The notes under the pieces: generated by a model
What the model was told of the DNA's origin: nothing
The model's database searches: none
The model's input: only the letters and a program-made list of their open reading frames with translations
Program-made: the position numbers and the translations under genes
From: Candidatus Altiarchaeales archaeon
GTDB taxonomy: Archaea > Altiarchaeota > Altiarchaeia > IMC4 > SCGC-AAA252-I15
DNA length: 64,000 bases
Assembly (NCBI GenBank): GCA_014727915.1
Contig: WJMO01000005.1
Coordinates: 32,001-96,000, forward strand
Direction of reading: 5' to 3'
Part shown: positions 46,090 to 60,078 of the stretch, in pieces
Numbering within the stretch: position 1 is the stretch's first letter
Layout: the number at the start of each line of letters is the position of its first letter

Positions 46090-47546
46090 GCAAGCAGTCT
46101 AAGATGCCGTCTGTGCGGCTTTCGGATTTCACAGACCGCGAAGACCTGATGAGATTCCAGGTGGAATCGTTCAACTGGCTTATAGAAAAGGGACTCCAGG
46201 AGGTCATAGACGAGAAGGGCACACTTGACATAGAGATACCAGACTACAGCCTGGAACTGGGGAAGATCACCGTCGGCAAGCCCGAAGTCAACGAGTCCGG
46301 CCAGGGTGTCGAGTCAAGGTACCCGTTCGAGTGCAGGCTCAGGAACCTAACATATGCGGCGCCCATAAACCTGGAGTTCGTCGAACGCGGCGAGTCAGTG
46401 AACGTCGAAATCGGCCACCTGCCAGTCATGCTCGGTTCCAAAGTATGTCTGCTCAACGGCTTGGACGAGATGGAGATGAAACGCCGCGGCGAAGACCCCA
46501 TGGACATGGGCGGCTACTTCATAATCAACGGCACAGAGAGGACTTTGATAATAGTGGAGGACCTCGCACCCAACCGGATCGTCACCACAAGGGAGACGAT
46601 AATGGGCAAGGACGTGGTCATAGCAAAGGTCTTCTCGGTCCGGCAGGGCTTCCGTTCCAGGGTTACGGTGGAGAAGCGGGAGGCATCCGGGGGCGCCACG
46701 CTTTTCGTGTCATTCCCGGGGATACCCAACAGGATACCCCTGACTGTGTTGATGACCGCCCTCGGCTTGGACGAAACCGACATACTGGGACTATTCGACA
46801 ACGAGACCCAGCTGGAGGTCAAGATAAACCTTGAGATGAAGCAGATGACCCCAGAGGAAGCCTTCGAATACATCGGCAAGAGGGCTGGGGCTGGCCACGC
46901 CAAACAGTACCAGGCCACCCGCGCCAACCAGGTCATAAACAACTTCCTGCTCCCCCACATCGGAAACTCGGAATCCGACCGGCAGAGGAAAGCAATCTAC
47001 CTGGGGATAATGGCGAAGAAAGTCCTTGAACTGGACCTTGGACTGCGAAAGGAGGACGACAAGGACCACTACAGCAACAAGAGGCTCAGATTATCCGGGG
47101 ACCTGATGCAGGAGCTGTTCAGGGTCAGCTTCAACAAGATCACGCGAGACATAAAATACCAGCTGGAAAAGCAGCACGCCCGTCACAGGGTGGTGAACGT
47201 GAAGACCGCGGTCCGTAGCAACAACCTGACGGAGAGCATCTGCTACGCGCTTGCGACCGGGAACTGGACCGGCGGCCGCAGCGGAGTAAGCCAGGTGCTT
47301 GACCGCACGAACTTCCTATCATACGTTACTCACCAGAGGAGGGTCAGCTCGCTGCTCAGCAGGAGCCACCCCCACTTCGAAGCACGAGACCTTCACGCGA
47401 CACAGCTTGGGAGGATATGCCCCAACGAGACCCCCGAGGGTCAGAACTGCGGGCTGGTGAAGAACCTGGCCGTGGGCGCGCTCATATCATCTGAGACGCC
47501 CGAGGCACCGTTGGAAAAGTACTTGAAGGAGTTCGGAGTAAAGTAA
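46086..47546 (+). CDS. rpoB2: RNA polymerase subunit B'' (N-terminal half)
   Basis: CRLRNLTY, GGYFIINGTER, DKDHYSNKRL, CPNETPEGQNCGLVKNLA. Confidence 0.97.
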   Translation: MSKQSKMPSVRLSDFTDREDLMRFQVESFNWLIEKGLQEVIDEKGTLDIEIPDYSLELGKITVGKPEVNESGQGVESRYPFECRLRNLTYAAPINLEFVERGESVNVEIGHLPVMLGSKVCLLNGLDEMEMKRRGEDPMDMGGYFIINGTERTLIIVEDLAPNRIVTTRETIMGKDVVIAKVFSVRQGFRSRVTVEKREASGGATLFVSFPGIPNRIPLTVLMTALGLDETDILGLFDNETQLEVKINLEMKQMTPEEAFEYIGKRAGAGHAKQYQATRANQVINNFLLPHIGNSESDRQRKAIYLGIMAKKVLELDLGLRKEDDKDHYSNKRLRLSGDLMQELFRVSFNKITRDIKYQLEKQHARHRVVNVKTAVRSNNLTESICYALATGNWTGGRSGVSQVLDRTNFLSYVTHQRRVSSLLSRSHPHFEARDLHATQLGRICPNETPEGQNCGLVKNLAVGALISSETPEAPLEKYLKEFGVK

Positions 47547-47547
47547 A

Positions 47548-49352
47548 TTGGCGACTGTAGTATACTTGAACGGGAGGCTTATAGGAGAGCACAGGAACCC
47601 GGAGTCCCTTGTAAGGAGACTCAAGGACCTGAGAAGGCAGAACAAGATAGACCCCACCGTATCCATTAGCTTCCATGAGGAGAACAACGAAGTCCAGGTC
47701 TACACCGACAAGGGCCGGACCCTACGGCCGCTGGTCATAATGGAAGAGGGCAAGCCAAGACTCACAAACAAGCACATAAAGGACCTTCGCGAGGGCAAGA
47801 TAGAATGGAAGAACCTGCTCGAAGACGGTCTCATCGAATACGTTGACGCTGAAGAGGAGGAGAACGCCTACGTGGCCGTCAGAGAGTATAAGATATCAAA
47901 GGAGCACACACACCTAGAGCTCACGCCTTCGCTGATGCTGGGCGTTAGTGCGGGATTCGCCCCTTGGCCGGAGCACAACTCCTCGCCGAGGGTGACGATG
48001 GCCGCCGCAATGGCTAAGCAGACCCTCGGGATGTACGCTTCAAACTACTTCTCACGTTTCGACAGCAGAGCCAACGTGCTCCACTACCCGCAGGCGCCGC
48101 TGGTTAAGACTGACATAGCGGATTCGCTCGAATACAGCAGGCGCCCGGCAGGCCAGAACTTCGTAGTCGCCATCATGAGCTACAAGGGCTACAACATGGA
48201 GGACGCCGTCATACTGAACCGGGGCAGCATCGAACGCGGCCTCGGACGGTCGACGTTCTTCAGGACCTACACCGCCGAGGAGCGGAGGTACCCAAGCGGT
48301 CAGAGGGACAGGTTCGAAGTCCCAAGCGAAGAGGTTGAGGGCGCACAGTCAGACGACACATACACCAAACTGGGCGAAGACGGGCTCATATACCCCGAAT
48401 CCGACGTCGGATCAGGGGAGGTGCTGATAGGCAGGACCTCACCGCCCAGGTTCCTCGAGGAGATCGGACCCTATGGTATCGTGGAGGAGCGGAGGCGGGA
48501 GACTTCCACGACCGTCCGGCACATGGAATCCGGCGTGGTCGACTGCGTAGTGATGACCGAGTCGGTGGAGCGGAACAAGCTGGCCAAGGTGAGGGTCCGC
48601 AGCCACAGGATGCCGGAGTTGGGAGACAAGTTCGCGTCCCGCCACGGCCAGAAGGGGGTCGTGGGCATGATCGTCCCCCAGGAGGACATGCCCTTCACAA
48701 AGCAGGGGATAACGCCAGACCTCATACTGAACCCCCACGCGATACCCTCCCGTATGACCGTAGGGCACGTGCTGGAGATGGTGGGGGGCAAGGTCGGAGC
48801 GATGGAGGGACGGTGCGTTAACGGCACTGCATTCGCCAACGAGGAAGAGGACGACCTACGAAACAAGCTAAAGGATTTGGGCTTCAACTACTCCGGGAAG
48901 GAAGTCCTGTACAACGGCGTCACCGGGGAGCGGTTCGAAGCCGAGATATTCGTCGGGATCGCATACTATCAGAAGCTACACCACATGGTAGCGAACAAGG
49001 TCCACGCCAGGTCAAGAGGCCCGGTTCAGATGCTTACCCGCCAGCCCACAGAAGGCCGCGCACGCGAAGGCGGGCTCAGGTTCGGGGAGATGGAGCGGGA
49101 CTGCCTCATCGGCCACGGAGTCTCAATGATGCTAAAGGACCGTCTGCTCGACGAGTCCGACAAGGTCGTCATACCCGTCTGCAGCAAATGCGGTATGGTG
49201 GCCGTCAACGACGTTGACCGCAGGCAGGTATACTGCCCACTATGCGGTGAAGTGCCCACATACCCTGTTGAGATGGCATACGCGTTCAAGCTGCTGCTGA
49301 ACGAGCTAATGGGCATGTGCATATTGCCAAAACTAAGGTTGAGTGATAAAGC

Positions 49353-49356
<4 letters not shown>
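47548..49356 (+). CDS. rpoB1: RNA polymerase subunit B' (C-terminal half)
   Basis: TTG start; GYNMEDA, GDKFASRHGQKG, NPHAIPSRMT, GGLRFGEMERD. Confidence 0.97.
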
Positions 49357-52959
<3,603 letters not shown>

Positions 52960-52966
52960 TTGAAAG

Positions 52967-53263
52967 GTGGACGTGAAGAAACAATTGAATGTTGCGATCG
53001 AGTCGGGGGAGGTGCAGATAGGCTCTAACAAGTCAATAGAATCTCTCTTGAACGGAAACCCCAAGCTGGTCCTACTCAGCAGGAACTGCCCCCGTAAGCA
53101 GAGGGAGGCCATAACCTACTACTGCCGCCTCGCTGGCGTCCCTGTTGTTACCCTGAAGGAGAACAGCGTCGAAGTGGGTTCTGGGGTCGGCAAGCCATAT
53201 CCCATATCTGCTGTTACCGTCTTGGACGAGGGCGAGTCCACGATACTCGAGGCTGCACAGTGA
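52967..53263 (+). CDS. rpl30e: 50S ribosomal protein L30e
   Basis: L7Ae fold: GSNKSI, NCP, GKPYPIS; conserved synteny. Confidence 0.92.
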   Translation: MDVKKQLNVAIESGEVQIGSNKSIESLLNGNPKLVLLSRNCPRKQREAITYYCRLAGVPVVTLKENSVEVGSGVGKPYPISAVTVLDEGESTILEAAQ

Positions 53264-53691
53264 ACAAGATAAGGTTTGACGCAGACGAGATAAAGCTCAT
53301 CTCAATGTTCGAGTCTACTACCGGGGCCAAGGTCAACGATTTTCTCATGGACAGCAACCTACTGTGCTTCCTCGTTAAGCAGGGCGACATGGGGTTGGCA
53401 ATCGGGAAGAACGGCAGCAAGGTCGAGAAGCTCAGGCGCTCTCTGGGAAGGAACATACTGGTGTTGGAGCACAGCGACGATCCTGAAAAGTTCATCGAGA
53501 ACATGTTCCATCCCGTAGAAGTACACGGTCTCGAAGTAGGGGACACGCCTGACGGGCTGATGGCGACGGTGCAGATAAGCATCGAAGACCGCAGCCGTGC
53601 CATAGGCCGGGAAGGCAGCAGGATAAGGATGGTCAAAGCCCTGGCAAAGAGGCACCACAACATAGGCAACATAAACCTGCGCGCAGTTTAA
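53260..53691 (+). CDS. nusA: archaeal NusA (KH domains)
   Basis: FESTTGA, AIGKNG, AIGREG. Confidence 0.95.
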   Translation: MNKIRFDADEIKLISMFESTTGAKVNDFLMDSNLLCFLVKQGDMGLAIGKNGSKVEKLRRSLGRNILVLEHSDDPEKFIENMFHPVEVHGLEVGDTPDGLMATVQISIEDRSRAIGREGSRIRMVKALAKRHHNIGNINLRAV

Positions 53692-53798
53692 AGTCTGAAT
53701 TATTTTGGCTTTTTCCATAATAATTTAAATTTTTTCCTTAATTGTTTGGGTCGTGTGGTTCTCTGCTATTATTCTCATTCTACCCATAGCCTTATGAT

Positions 53799-55880
53799 AT
53801 GCCGCCTAACAACCCCCAGGAGCTCCTGCCCCCGACGATGACCCCCCTGGAGACCGAGCTCGCACTTGAAGTCATCGAGGAGAAGCACTCGGACGCAGGC
53901 TTGAACGTCCCAGTCGACAAGTATGAACAGCCGGGGGAGTACGCCTTGGCTGTCCTGAAGAGGCTCGCTGGAGGTGATGAGATACAACAGGAGGACTTCG
54001 GCCACCTCTGCTATGGGATGATCCAACTATTGGAGGAACGTGATTCGCCGCGGCAGGCGATAGCAGAGATGAACCATGCTGCCAGATCGCAGATGATAAG
54101 CAGGTGGGCGTCCCCCGCATGGGCGGCCTTCGCCGGATTGTCCGAAAGGGACTTGGCAGCGCTTGAAGGCGGCGGCATCGACGAATATGAGGCTGCAGTC
54201 AGGGACCTTAGCTTGAAGGCGTTCATGGCCCACCGCTCAGCCGGGTCCCTTGAGGGCCAGGCCAAGCTCACGGTCCTCTCTGACGCCTTCGAAAGCTACG
54301 GGAGGGCGGCGAACCTGTCCATGACATTGGCGGACATGTACCCGCCCCCTGACGAGGAACAGCGAATCATAACCTATGAGATGGTGGCTTATCGGCGTTA
54401 CAGGGCTGGTGTTGTCGCTTCTGACCAATACGCTGAGTCAGGAGAGCTAACCCACTTGAACTCATCATACGCTCAGCATAGGAGGTCGGCTGAGATAACA
54501 GAAGACCTGGTGACCATGGACGAGGCAGCAGGCAGGGACCAGAACCACCGCAACCACCGGCTTTTCGCTTCCATGAGGAGCGAATACGCCGCCGAGGCTG
54601 CGAAGGAGCTGGCAGACAAGAAATACGATGGGGGAGCAGTCAATGTCGGCATCGAATATGACAAGAAATCATACGCATACTACCTGAACGCGGCAAGACA
54701 CGGGGAGGGCATACAGGAACCTCACGTCACCTCCGTCCTATTCCTCAGGGCGGCTGACAGGTCTAGAAGGGCCTCCCAGAACCTGGAGGGACTTAGCGGG
54801 GGAACCCATGGGCTTTCCACCATAAAGAACGCGCTAAAATGGCTTGACCTATCACAGAGGGCCTACCGCATCTCGGCGTCCATAGCCCGCCATGACGACC
54901 TGGAAGACCCGGTGGACACACACAAGTACCGTTACCTGGTGGAAAGCCTCTCCTCGGAGACCTCGTTCAAGGCTGCGGTGATTTACTCCCGGAGGAAGCC
55001 CCCGGGCATGCAGGCTCAAGCGCCGATGTTCCTAAAGATGTTCAACATAGCATATGATAGCGCGCGCAGGGCGGCTCATGAAGCCGAGTCGGTCTGGCAG
55101 GAGGCGGAAGATATCGGCGAAGACGATGATGCCCTCAAGTACCGTCGGCTTCAGGCAAGACAGCACGCCTACGCAGGGGACGCGGCTCTTAAGAGGGCAG
55201 GTGTCAAAGTGGATAGGGGCGATGTTGGCGGGGAGATGAAGTGGCTCAAACGCTCCATCGGCCAGTTCCGAAGGTCCTCCGATGTCTTCAGGGAGCTGGG
55301 CATGGGCAAGGACGAGGCCGCCCAGCTGAGCTGGATGGGAGACGCGGCCTGGCAGATGGGGGACTTCACAACTTCATATGAGGCTTTCAATCGTTCAGCC
55401 CAGGTCAGTGAGGCGTTGGGTCTGAGGCCTTCAATAATGCGTGCCAGGTGGAGCTACTCTGCCAGGGCCTCGGAGGCTGTCGGAGACTACAACTCCGCAT
55501 ATGAACAGAACATGAAAGCGGTTGAAATATGGGGTGCCGGAGAACAGAGGCCGCAGGACTTCCATCATGTTGTGGGCAACAGGATAGCCGCAGGGAGGAA
55601 TGCGATGCAGATGTTCGGCCAGACAGGAGATGAACAGTGGAGACGCCGGGGGGTCGAGCAGCTCACACAGGCGCGTGAGGCCATCAGAAAGATAAACATG
55701 ACAGCCCCTGCCAAGCACAGGCACCGTCATGACAGCAGCTATGACCAGTCCCTCGAGTTGATCGAAGACCCGGAGCTAAGAGACCAGCTTTCACTATGCC
55801 CATACCGGCCTGATGGGAAACCGGTCTGGGATGGGAGGGAAATAGTCGATCCAAGGTGGAAGTGGCTCAGGCGCGTTTGA
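53799..55880 (+). CDS. hypothetical alpha-solenoid (TPR/SNAP-like) protein
   Basis: 693 aa, Ala-rich helical repeats (Y/F.RSA. pattern; AGDAA, MGDAA). Confidence 0.65.
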   Translation: MPPNNPQELLPPTMTPLETELALEVIEEKHSDAGLNVPVDKYEQPGEYALAVLKRLAGGDEIQQEDFGHLCYGMIQLLEERDSPRQAIAEMNHAARSQMISRWASPAWAAFAGLSERDLAALEGGGIDEYEAAVRDLSLKAFMAHRSAGSLEGQAKLTVLSDAFESYGRAANLSMTLADMYPPPDEEQRIITYEMVAYRRYRAGVVASDQYAESGELTHLNSSYAQHRRSAEITEDLVTMDEAAGRDQNHRNHRLFASMRSEYAAEAAKELADKKYDGGAVNVGIEYDKKSYAYYLNAARHGEGIQEPHVTSVLFLRAADRSRRASQNLEGLSGGTHGLSTIKNALKWLDLSQRAYRISASIARHDDLEDPVDTHKYRYLVESLSSETSFKAAVIYSRRKPPGMQAQAPMFLKMFNIAYDSARRAAHEAESVWQEAEDIGEDDDALKYRRLQARQHAYAGDAALKRAGVKVDRGDVGGEMKWLKRSIGQFRRSSDVFRELGMGKDEAAQLSWMGDAAWQMGDFTTSYEAFNRSAQVSEALGLRPSIMRARWSYSARASEAVGDYNSAYEQNMKAVEIWGAGEQRPQDFHHVVGNRIAAGRNAMQMFGQTGDEQWRRRGVEQLTQAREAIRKINMTAPAKHRHRHDSSYDQSLELIEDPELRDQLSLCPYRPDGKPVWDGREIVDPRWKWLRRV

Positions 55881-55883
55881 AGG

Positions 55884-56798
55884 TCATCTCAGGCGGAATC
55901 GTCTGGCGGTTTCTCCGTCGACTTGGGCGATTGTTTTTTCCGCGTCTATCGTGTCCCTCCACTCCATACCGTCTTCCCCCTGGAATCTCGCCCTGCCGTG
56001 CCTTCTTATCGTCATACCCCCAGATTCGCTGATCCTGAAGTCGTTGTGGCCTCCCATCTTCCTGCCACCGCCGAATTCGTCCACGTTGATCGTGGTCATA
56101 CCGTCTACCCCAATGGCTTCCACAGTCTTCTGGGTTGTTGTGAAGACCATGTCCTCCCGCGTCAATGCGGCGCTGCTCCAGCCTGCCAGTGCCTCTGGAA
56201 CCCCTTTTCCATGGGGGTGTCTGGTCTCGTCCCATTCCTGGTGGCCCATGGACACCTTGTCCACCTTATCTGCTGTGTTCTCCTGCAGCTCGTCAAACAA
56301 CCGTTTGGCTTCGCTGTACCTTCCCCTACCGATTAGGGTGAGTAGGTTGGGTTTGACCTCCTTCCCGGTGTCCGGGGTGATAACAGCCTCTGAACCCATG
56401 CTTCTATAGAACCGGGGGCTGCCCTGGCTCATATCCACCCTGAAAACACGGTCAGCATGTTTTGGATATATCAGTATCTCCTCCCTGAACTGGCCTCCCC
56501 TGTCTTTCACTTCAAGATAGGCGGTGGCTCCCTCTTCCAGTTGCACCCTGGCCTGCGCCTGAAACGTCGACCCCTCGAAACAGGGTTTCAACCCATTGCT
56601 CCAGCTTGTGATACCGTTCTCTCTGATGCCCTGGTGGGCTGCCTGCGCAAACCCCGCAGCCTTCTCCAAACCCTCGGCAAAAGGCCGGTTAACCGTGTTA
56701 CCTGCGAATTCCTGCCATCCCCCTTGGACTTTTTCCGCCTGGGTTGCAGTCCCTGGCATCTGACCATGCACTCCACCCGGTTCCTTGACAACGCCCAT
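55884..56798 (-). CDS. hypothetical protein
   Basis: Long ORF convergent with the TPR-like gene; likely ATG at 56798 (the track uses 56855). Confidence 0.65.
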   Translation of the reverse strand: MGVVKEPGGVHGQMPGTATQAEKVQGGWQEFAGNTVNRPFAEGLEKAAGFAQAAHQGIRENGITSWSNGLKPCFEGSTFQAQARVQLEEGATAYLEVKDRGGQFREEILIYPKHADRVFRVDMSQGSPRFYRSMGSEAVITPDTGKEVKPNLLTLIGRGRYSEAKRLFDELQENTADKVDKVSMGHQEWDETRHPHGKGVPEALAGWSSAALTREDMVFTTTQKTVEAIGVDGMTTINVDEFGGGRKMGGHNDFRISESGGMTIRRHGRARFQGEDGMEWRDTIDAEKTIAQVDGETARRFRLR

Positions 56799-56899
56799 AA
56801 TCAAATCTTGGATGGACGGGTTAATAAGATGCAGAAACGGGGTTTTCTCTTCCAAGCCCGGAAACCTCTCTTTTATATAGTACTTCTACCTATATGTTG

Positions 56900-56975
56900 T
56901 AACCGTTTTTTGGCGGGTGAATTGGTGGCCCACAGCTGTTCTGGTGGGGTTCCAAGACTCATCTGTCAAGGGTTA
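56900..56975 (+). promoter_or_regulatory. long 5'-leader hairpin upstream of rps12
   Basis: TTGGCGGGTGA pairs with TCATCTGTCAA (3 G-U pairs); inner TTGG/CCAA and CCCAC/GTGGG; outer TAACC/GGTTA; TATA-like TTTTATATA at 56871-56879. Confidence 0.55.
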
Positions 56976-57010
56976 GTCAAAGTCTGAATCAGGTTTTTCT
57001 GGTTGAGAAA

Positions 57011-57439
57011 ATGGGTAAAGGAGAATTCGCAGCTAAGAAGCTGAAGGAATCACGCAGGCACTTCCGGTGGAAGAAGACAGACTACAGCAGGAGAGTGTTG
57101 AATCTGAAGGAGAGGCACGACCCGCTGGAGGGCGCCCCGCAGGCGAGGGGCATCGTATTGGAGAAGGTCGGCATCGAGGCCAAGCAGCCTAACTCCGCTA
57201 TCAGGAAGTGTGTGCGGGTTCAGCTGATTAAGAACGGCAGGCAGGTGACTGCGTTCGCTCCCCAGAACCGGGCCATAACATTCATCGACGAGCACGACCA
57301 GGTGCTGATCGAGGGATTGGGCGGCAGGAAGGGCCGGTCCATGGGCGACCTGTCCGGCGTGCGTTACAAGGTGATCAAAGTCAACGACATTTCATTGAAC
57401 GAGCTCGTCCACGGGCGGAAGGAGAAGCCACAGAGGTGA
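57011..57439 (+). CDS. rps12: 30S ribosomal protein S12 (uS12)
   Basis: [23 protein letters not shown]. Confidence 0.98.
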   Translation: MGKGEFAAKKLKESRRHFRWKKTDYSRRVLNLKERHDPLEGAPQARGIVLEKVGIEAKQPNSAIRKCVRVQLIKNGRQVTAFAPQNRAITFIDEHDQVLIEGLGGRKGRSMGDLSGVRYKVIKVNDISLNELVHGRKEKPQR

Positions 57440-57443
57440 TAAG

Positions 57444-57833
57444 ATGAGACACGACCCACTTAACGACGCGATATCGACCATCAAGAACGCGGAGCGGACC
57501 GGAAAGAGCGAGTGCATGCTGAAGCCGGCGACCAAGCTGCTGGTGAGCGTGCTGCACATATTCCAGGAGAACGGTTACATCGGAGAATACGAGGTCGAAG
57601 GCAACAGGAGGGGCGGCTCTGTCAGAGTGAAGTTGATACGGCACATCAACGACTGCGGGGTCATCAAGCCGCGGTTCCCCGTAAAGAACCAGGATTTCAT
57701 ACAGTGGGAGAAGAGATATCTCCCCTCACGGGGTTTCGGGCTTTTGGTCGTGACCACACCCCAGGGCGTGATGAGCCACGAGGAAGCGAAGGACAAGGGC
57801 ATCGGCGGAAGGCTGATAGCCTACGCATACTAA
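57444..57833 (+). CDS. rps8: 30S ribosomal protein S8
   Basis: [33 protein letters not shown]. Confidence 0.97.
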   Translation: MRHDPLNDAISTIKNAERTGKSECMLKPATKLLVSVLHIFQENGYIGEYEVEGNRRGGSVRVKLIRHINDCGVIKPRFPVKNQDFIQWEKRYLPSRGFGLLVVTTPQGVMSHEEAKDKGIGGRLIAYAY

Positions 57834-57834
57834 G

Positions 57835-58404
57835 ATGAGCAACACGGATAAGAAGCACCACGGCGAACTTGAAGTCGGCCTGGTCGAGGGCGTCGAAGTG
57901 GACGCGAAGGGCCGGACCATCACTGTCAAGGGTCCTAAGGGAGAGCTTACCCGGAAGTTCAGGGAGGACTTCATCAGCTTCAAACCACATGATGGGCGAA
58001 TCCGGATACAGGCAAAGAGCAAGAGGCTGCCTTTGAGGAAGCAGATGGCGATCATGGGGACCATCGCGGGGCACATAAGGAACATGATGGAGGGCGTGAC
58101 CGACGGGTTCACCTACAAGCTCCGGGTCGTGTACTCGCATTTCCCCATGAAGGCGATGGTCCAGGGAAGCGAGTTCGTCATAGACAACTTCCTCGGGGAG
58201 AAGCACCCCCGCCGCACGAAAATATTGGATGGTGTGTCGGTGGATGTGAAGGGCAACGAGGTAGTTGTATCGGGTATAGACAAGGAGAGCGTGGGTCAGA
58301 CCGCTGCCAACATAGAGCAGCTAACCAGGATCAAGAACCTTGACGTCCGCATATTCCAGGACGGCATATACATAATCGAAAAAGCAGGCAAACCGGTATT
58401 ATGA
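57835..58404 (+). CDS. rpl6: 50S ribosomal protein L6
   Basis: [30 protein letters not shown]. Confidence 0.97.
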   Translation: MSNTDKKHHGELEVGLVEGVEVDAKGRTITVKGPKGELTRKFREDFISFKPHDGRIRIQAKSKRLPLRKQMAIMGTIAGHIRNMMEGVTDGFTYKLRVVYSHFPMKAMVQGSEFVIDNFLGEKHPRRTKILDGVSVDVKGNEVVVSGIDKESVGQTAANIEQLTRIKNLDVRIFQDGIYIIEKAGKPVL

Positions 58405-59114
58405 AGATGGCTGAGGCGAAATCAAAAAAGAAGAAGGCGAAGAAGCCCGCGAAAAAGGACGGCAAGCCCAAGGAGAAGTCCGCAGCCAAGAAGGCTGTCA
58501 AGAAGAAGGCTAAGAAGTCCGCAGCCAAGAAGAAGCCGGCGGAGAAGAAATCAGACGATTCGAAATCCGCAGGGAAGAAGGCTGTCAAGAAGAAGGCTAA
58601 GAAGTCCGCAGCCAAGAAGGAAGAGCCCGAGGCTAAGGAGGACGTCAAGGTTGGGGCCGAGCCTGAGGTGAAGGCCGAGGCGAAGCCCGAGGAGTCGAAG
58701 CCGAAGGTCAAGGCTGAGAAGCCGGTGGCCAAGATCAAGTACCTTCCGAAGGCGGATGCTGGGGAGCCTGCCAAGAAGAAGCCAAAGTTCAACCGCCAGG
58801 AGCTTCCGAGGCTGCCCAGGGTCAAGGACAAGTGGAGACACCCCAGGGGGATAGACAGCAAGAAGATCGAGAGCAAGAGGGGCAAGGGAGCTCTGCCGTC
58901 CATCGGATACAAGAAGCCCAAGGCCGTTTCAGGCTTGCAGTATGGTTTCCGCCCGGTCCAGGTTCACAACTTGGACGGCCTGAAGGACATCAACCCGGAC
59001 GTGGAGGCGGCTGTGATAGCATCATGTGTGGGGCGGAAGAAGAGGAACATGATAATCGAGGAGGCTAACAAGCTCAAGATAACCATATTGAACCCTCGGA
59101 GGGGTGAGGCATGA
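58401..59114 (+). CDS. rpl32e: 50S ribosomal protein L32e with Lys/Ala-rich N-terminal extension
   Basis: [29 protein letters not shown]. Confidence 0.93.
   Translation: MKMAEAKSKKKKAKKPAKKDGKPKEKSAAKKAVKKKAKKSAAKKKPAEKKSDDSKSAGKKAVKKKAKKSAAKKEEPEAKEDVKVGAEPEVKAEAKPEESKPKVKAEKPVAKIKYLPKADAGEPAKKKPKFNRQELPRLPRVKDKWRHPRGIDSKKIESKRGKGALPSIGYKKPKAVSGLQYGFRPVQVHNLDGLKDINPDVEAAVIASCVGRKKRNMIIEEANKLKITILNPRRGEA
58488..58619 (+). repeat. 45-bp perfect direct repeat (2 copies) inside rpl32e
   Basis: AAGAAGGCTGTCAAGAAGAAGGCTAAGAAGTCCGCAGCCAAGAAG at 58488-58532 and 58575-58619 ([15 protein letters not shown]). Confidence 0.9.
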
Positions 59115-59551
59115 ACCTTAGGAACCAGAGGAGACTGGCGGCGGAGGTCTTGAAGGTCGGCGTCAACAGGGTCAAGTTCGACGGTGAGCGCCTGGAGGAC
59201 ATATCCGAGGCGTTGACCCGCGACGACATACGAACACTCATCAAATCCGGGGCCATATCCAGGAAGCCTGTCAAGGGCGTTTCCCGCGGCCGTGCCCGTG
59301 AGAGGGAGCGGCAGAAGGAGAAGGGCAGGCGAAGGGGGAAGGGCCATCGGAGGGGAACCTCCAATGCGAGGGCTCCCCGGAAGCGGGAGTGGATCCGGAA
59401 GATAAGGGCGGTCCGCGACGAGCTCAGGAAGCTGAAGGAGAAGAAGGAGATAACAGTCCCAGAGTATCGTAAGCTTTACAATCAGGCTAAGGGTAACCTG
59501 TTCCAGAGCAGGAGGCACCTGCGGGAGCATATCGAGAGGATGAGGAGGTAA
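59111..59551 (+). CDS. rpl19e: 50S ribosomal protein L19e
   Basis: QRRLAAEVLKVG, TRDDIR, GRRRGKGHRRG. Confidence 0.97.
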   Translation: MNLRNQRRLAAEVLKVGVNRVKFDGERLEDISEALTRDDIRTLIKSGAISRKPVKGVSRGRARERERQKEKGRRRGKGHRRGTSNARAPRKREWIRKIRAVRDELRKLKEKKEITVPEYRKLYNQAKGNLFQSRRHLREHIERMRR

Positions 59552-59553
59552 AA

Positions 59554-60078
59554 TTGGCTACTGGCGCTACATACAGTGTGAGGTACCGGAGGAAGAGGCA
59601 GCAGAAGACGGACTACAAGCGCAGGCTCAACCTCCTCAAGTCGGAGACCACGCGTTTTGTTGTCCGACCCACCAACAAGAACACAATCGCACAGCTAATC
59701 GAGTACAGCGAGGATGGGGACAAGGTAGTCGCCCAGGCCAACTCCGGCGAGCTGAAGAAGATGGGATGGGCCCACAGCACCTCCAACACCCCCGCAGCGT
59801 ACCTTTCAGGGTTGCTCTGCGGTGTGAGAGGCAGGGAGAAGGGCGTTGAGAAGGCTGTTTTGGACACGGGGTTATATCCGATGATCAGGGGTTCGAGGAT
59901 ATATGCCGCCTTGAAGGGTCTGATAGACTCGGGCGTGGAGTCCGGGGCGGACGAGGTGATCTTCCCCGCCGAGGACAGGATACGCGGGAAGGTTATAGCA
60001 GCATATGTTGAACGCTCAAAGAACATCGAGGCAGACTTCGACAAGGTCAAGGCTTCGATATTGAAGTCAAGCAAGTGA
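59554..60078 (+). CDS. rpl18: 50S ribosomal protein L18
   Basis: TTG start; KTDYKRRLNLLKS, NTPAAYLSG. Confidence 0.96.
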   Translation: MATGATYSVRYRRKRQQKTDYKRRLNLLKSETTRFVVRPTNKNTIAQLIEYSEDGDKVVAQANSGELKKMGWAHSTSNTPAAYLSGLLCGVRGREKGVEKAVLDTGLYPMIRGSRIYAALKGLIDSGVESGADEVIFPAEDRIRGKVIAAYVERSKNIEADFDKVKASILKSSK

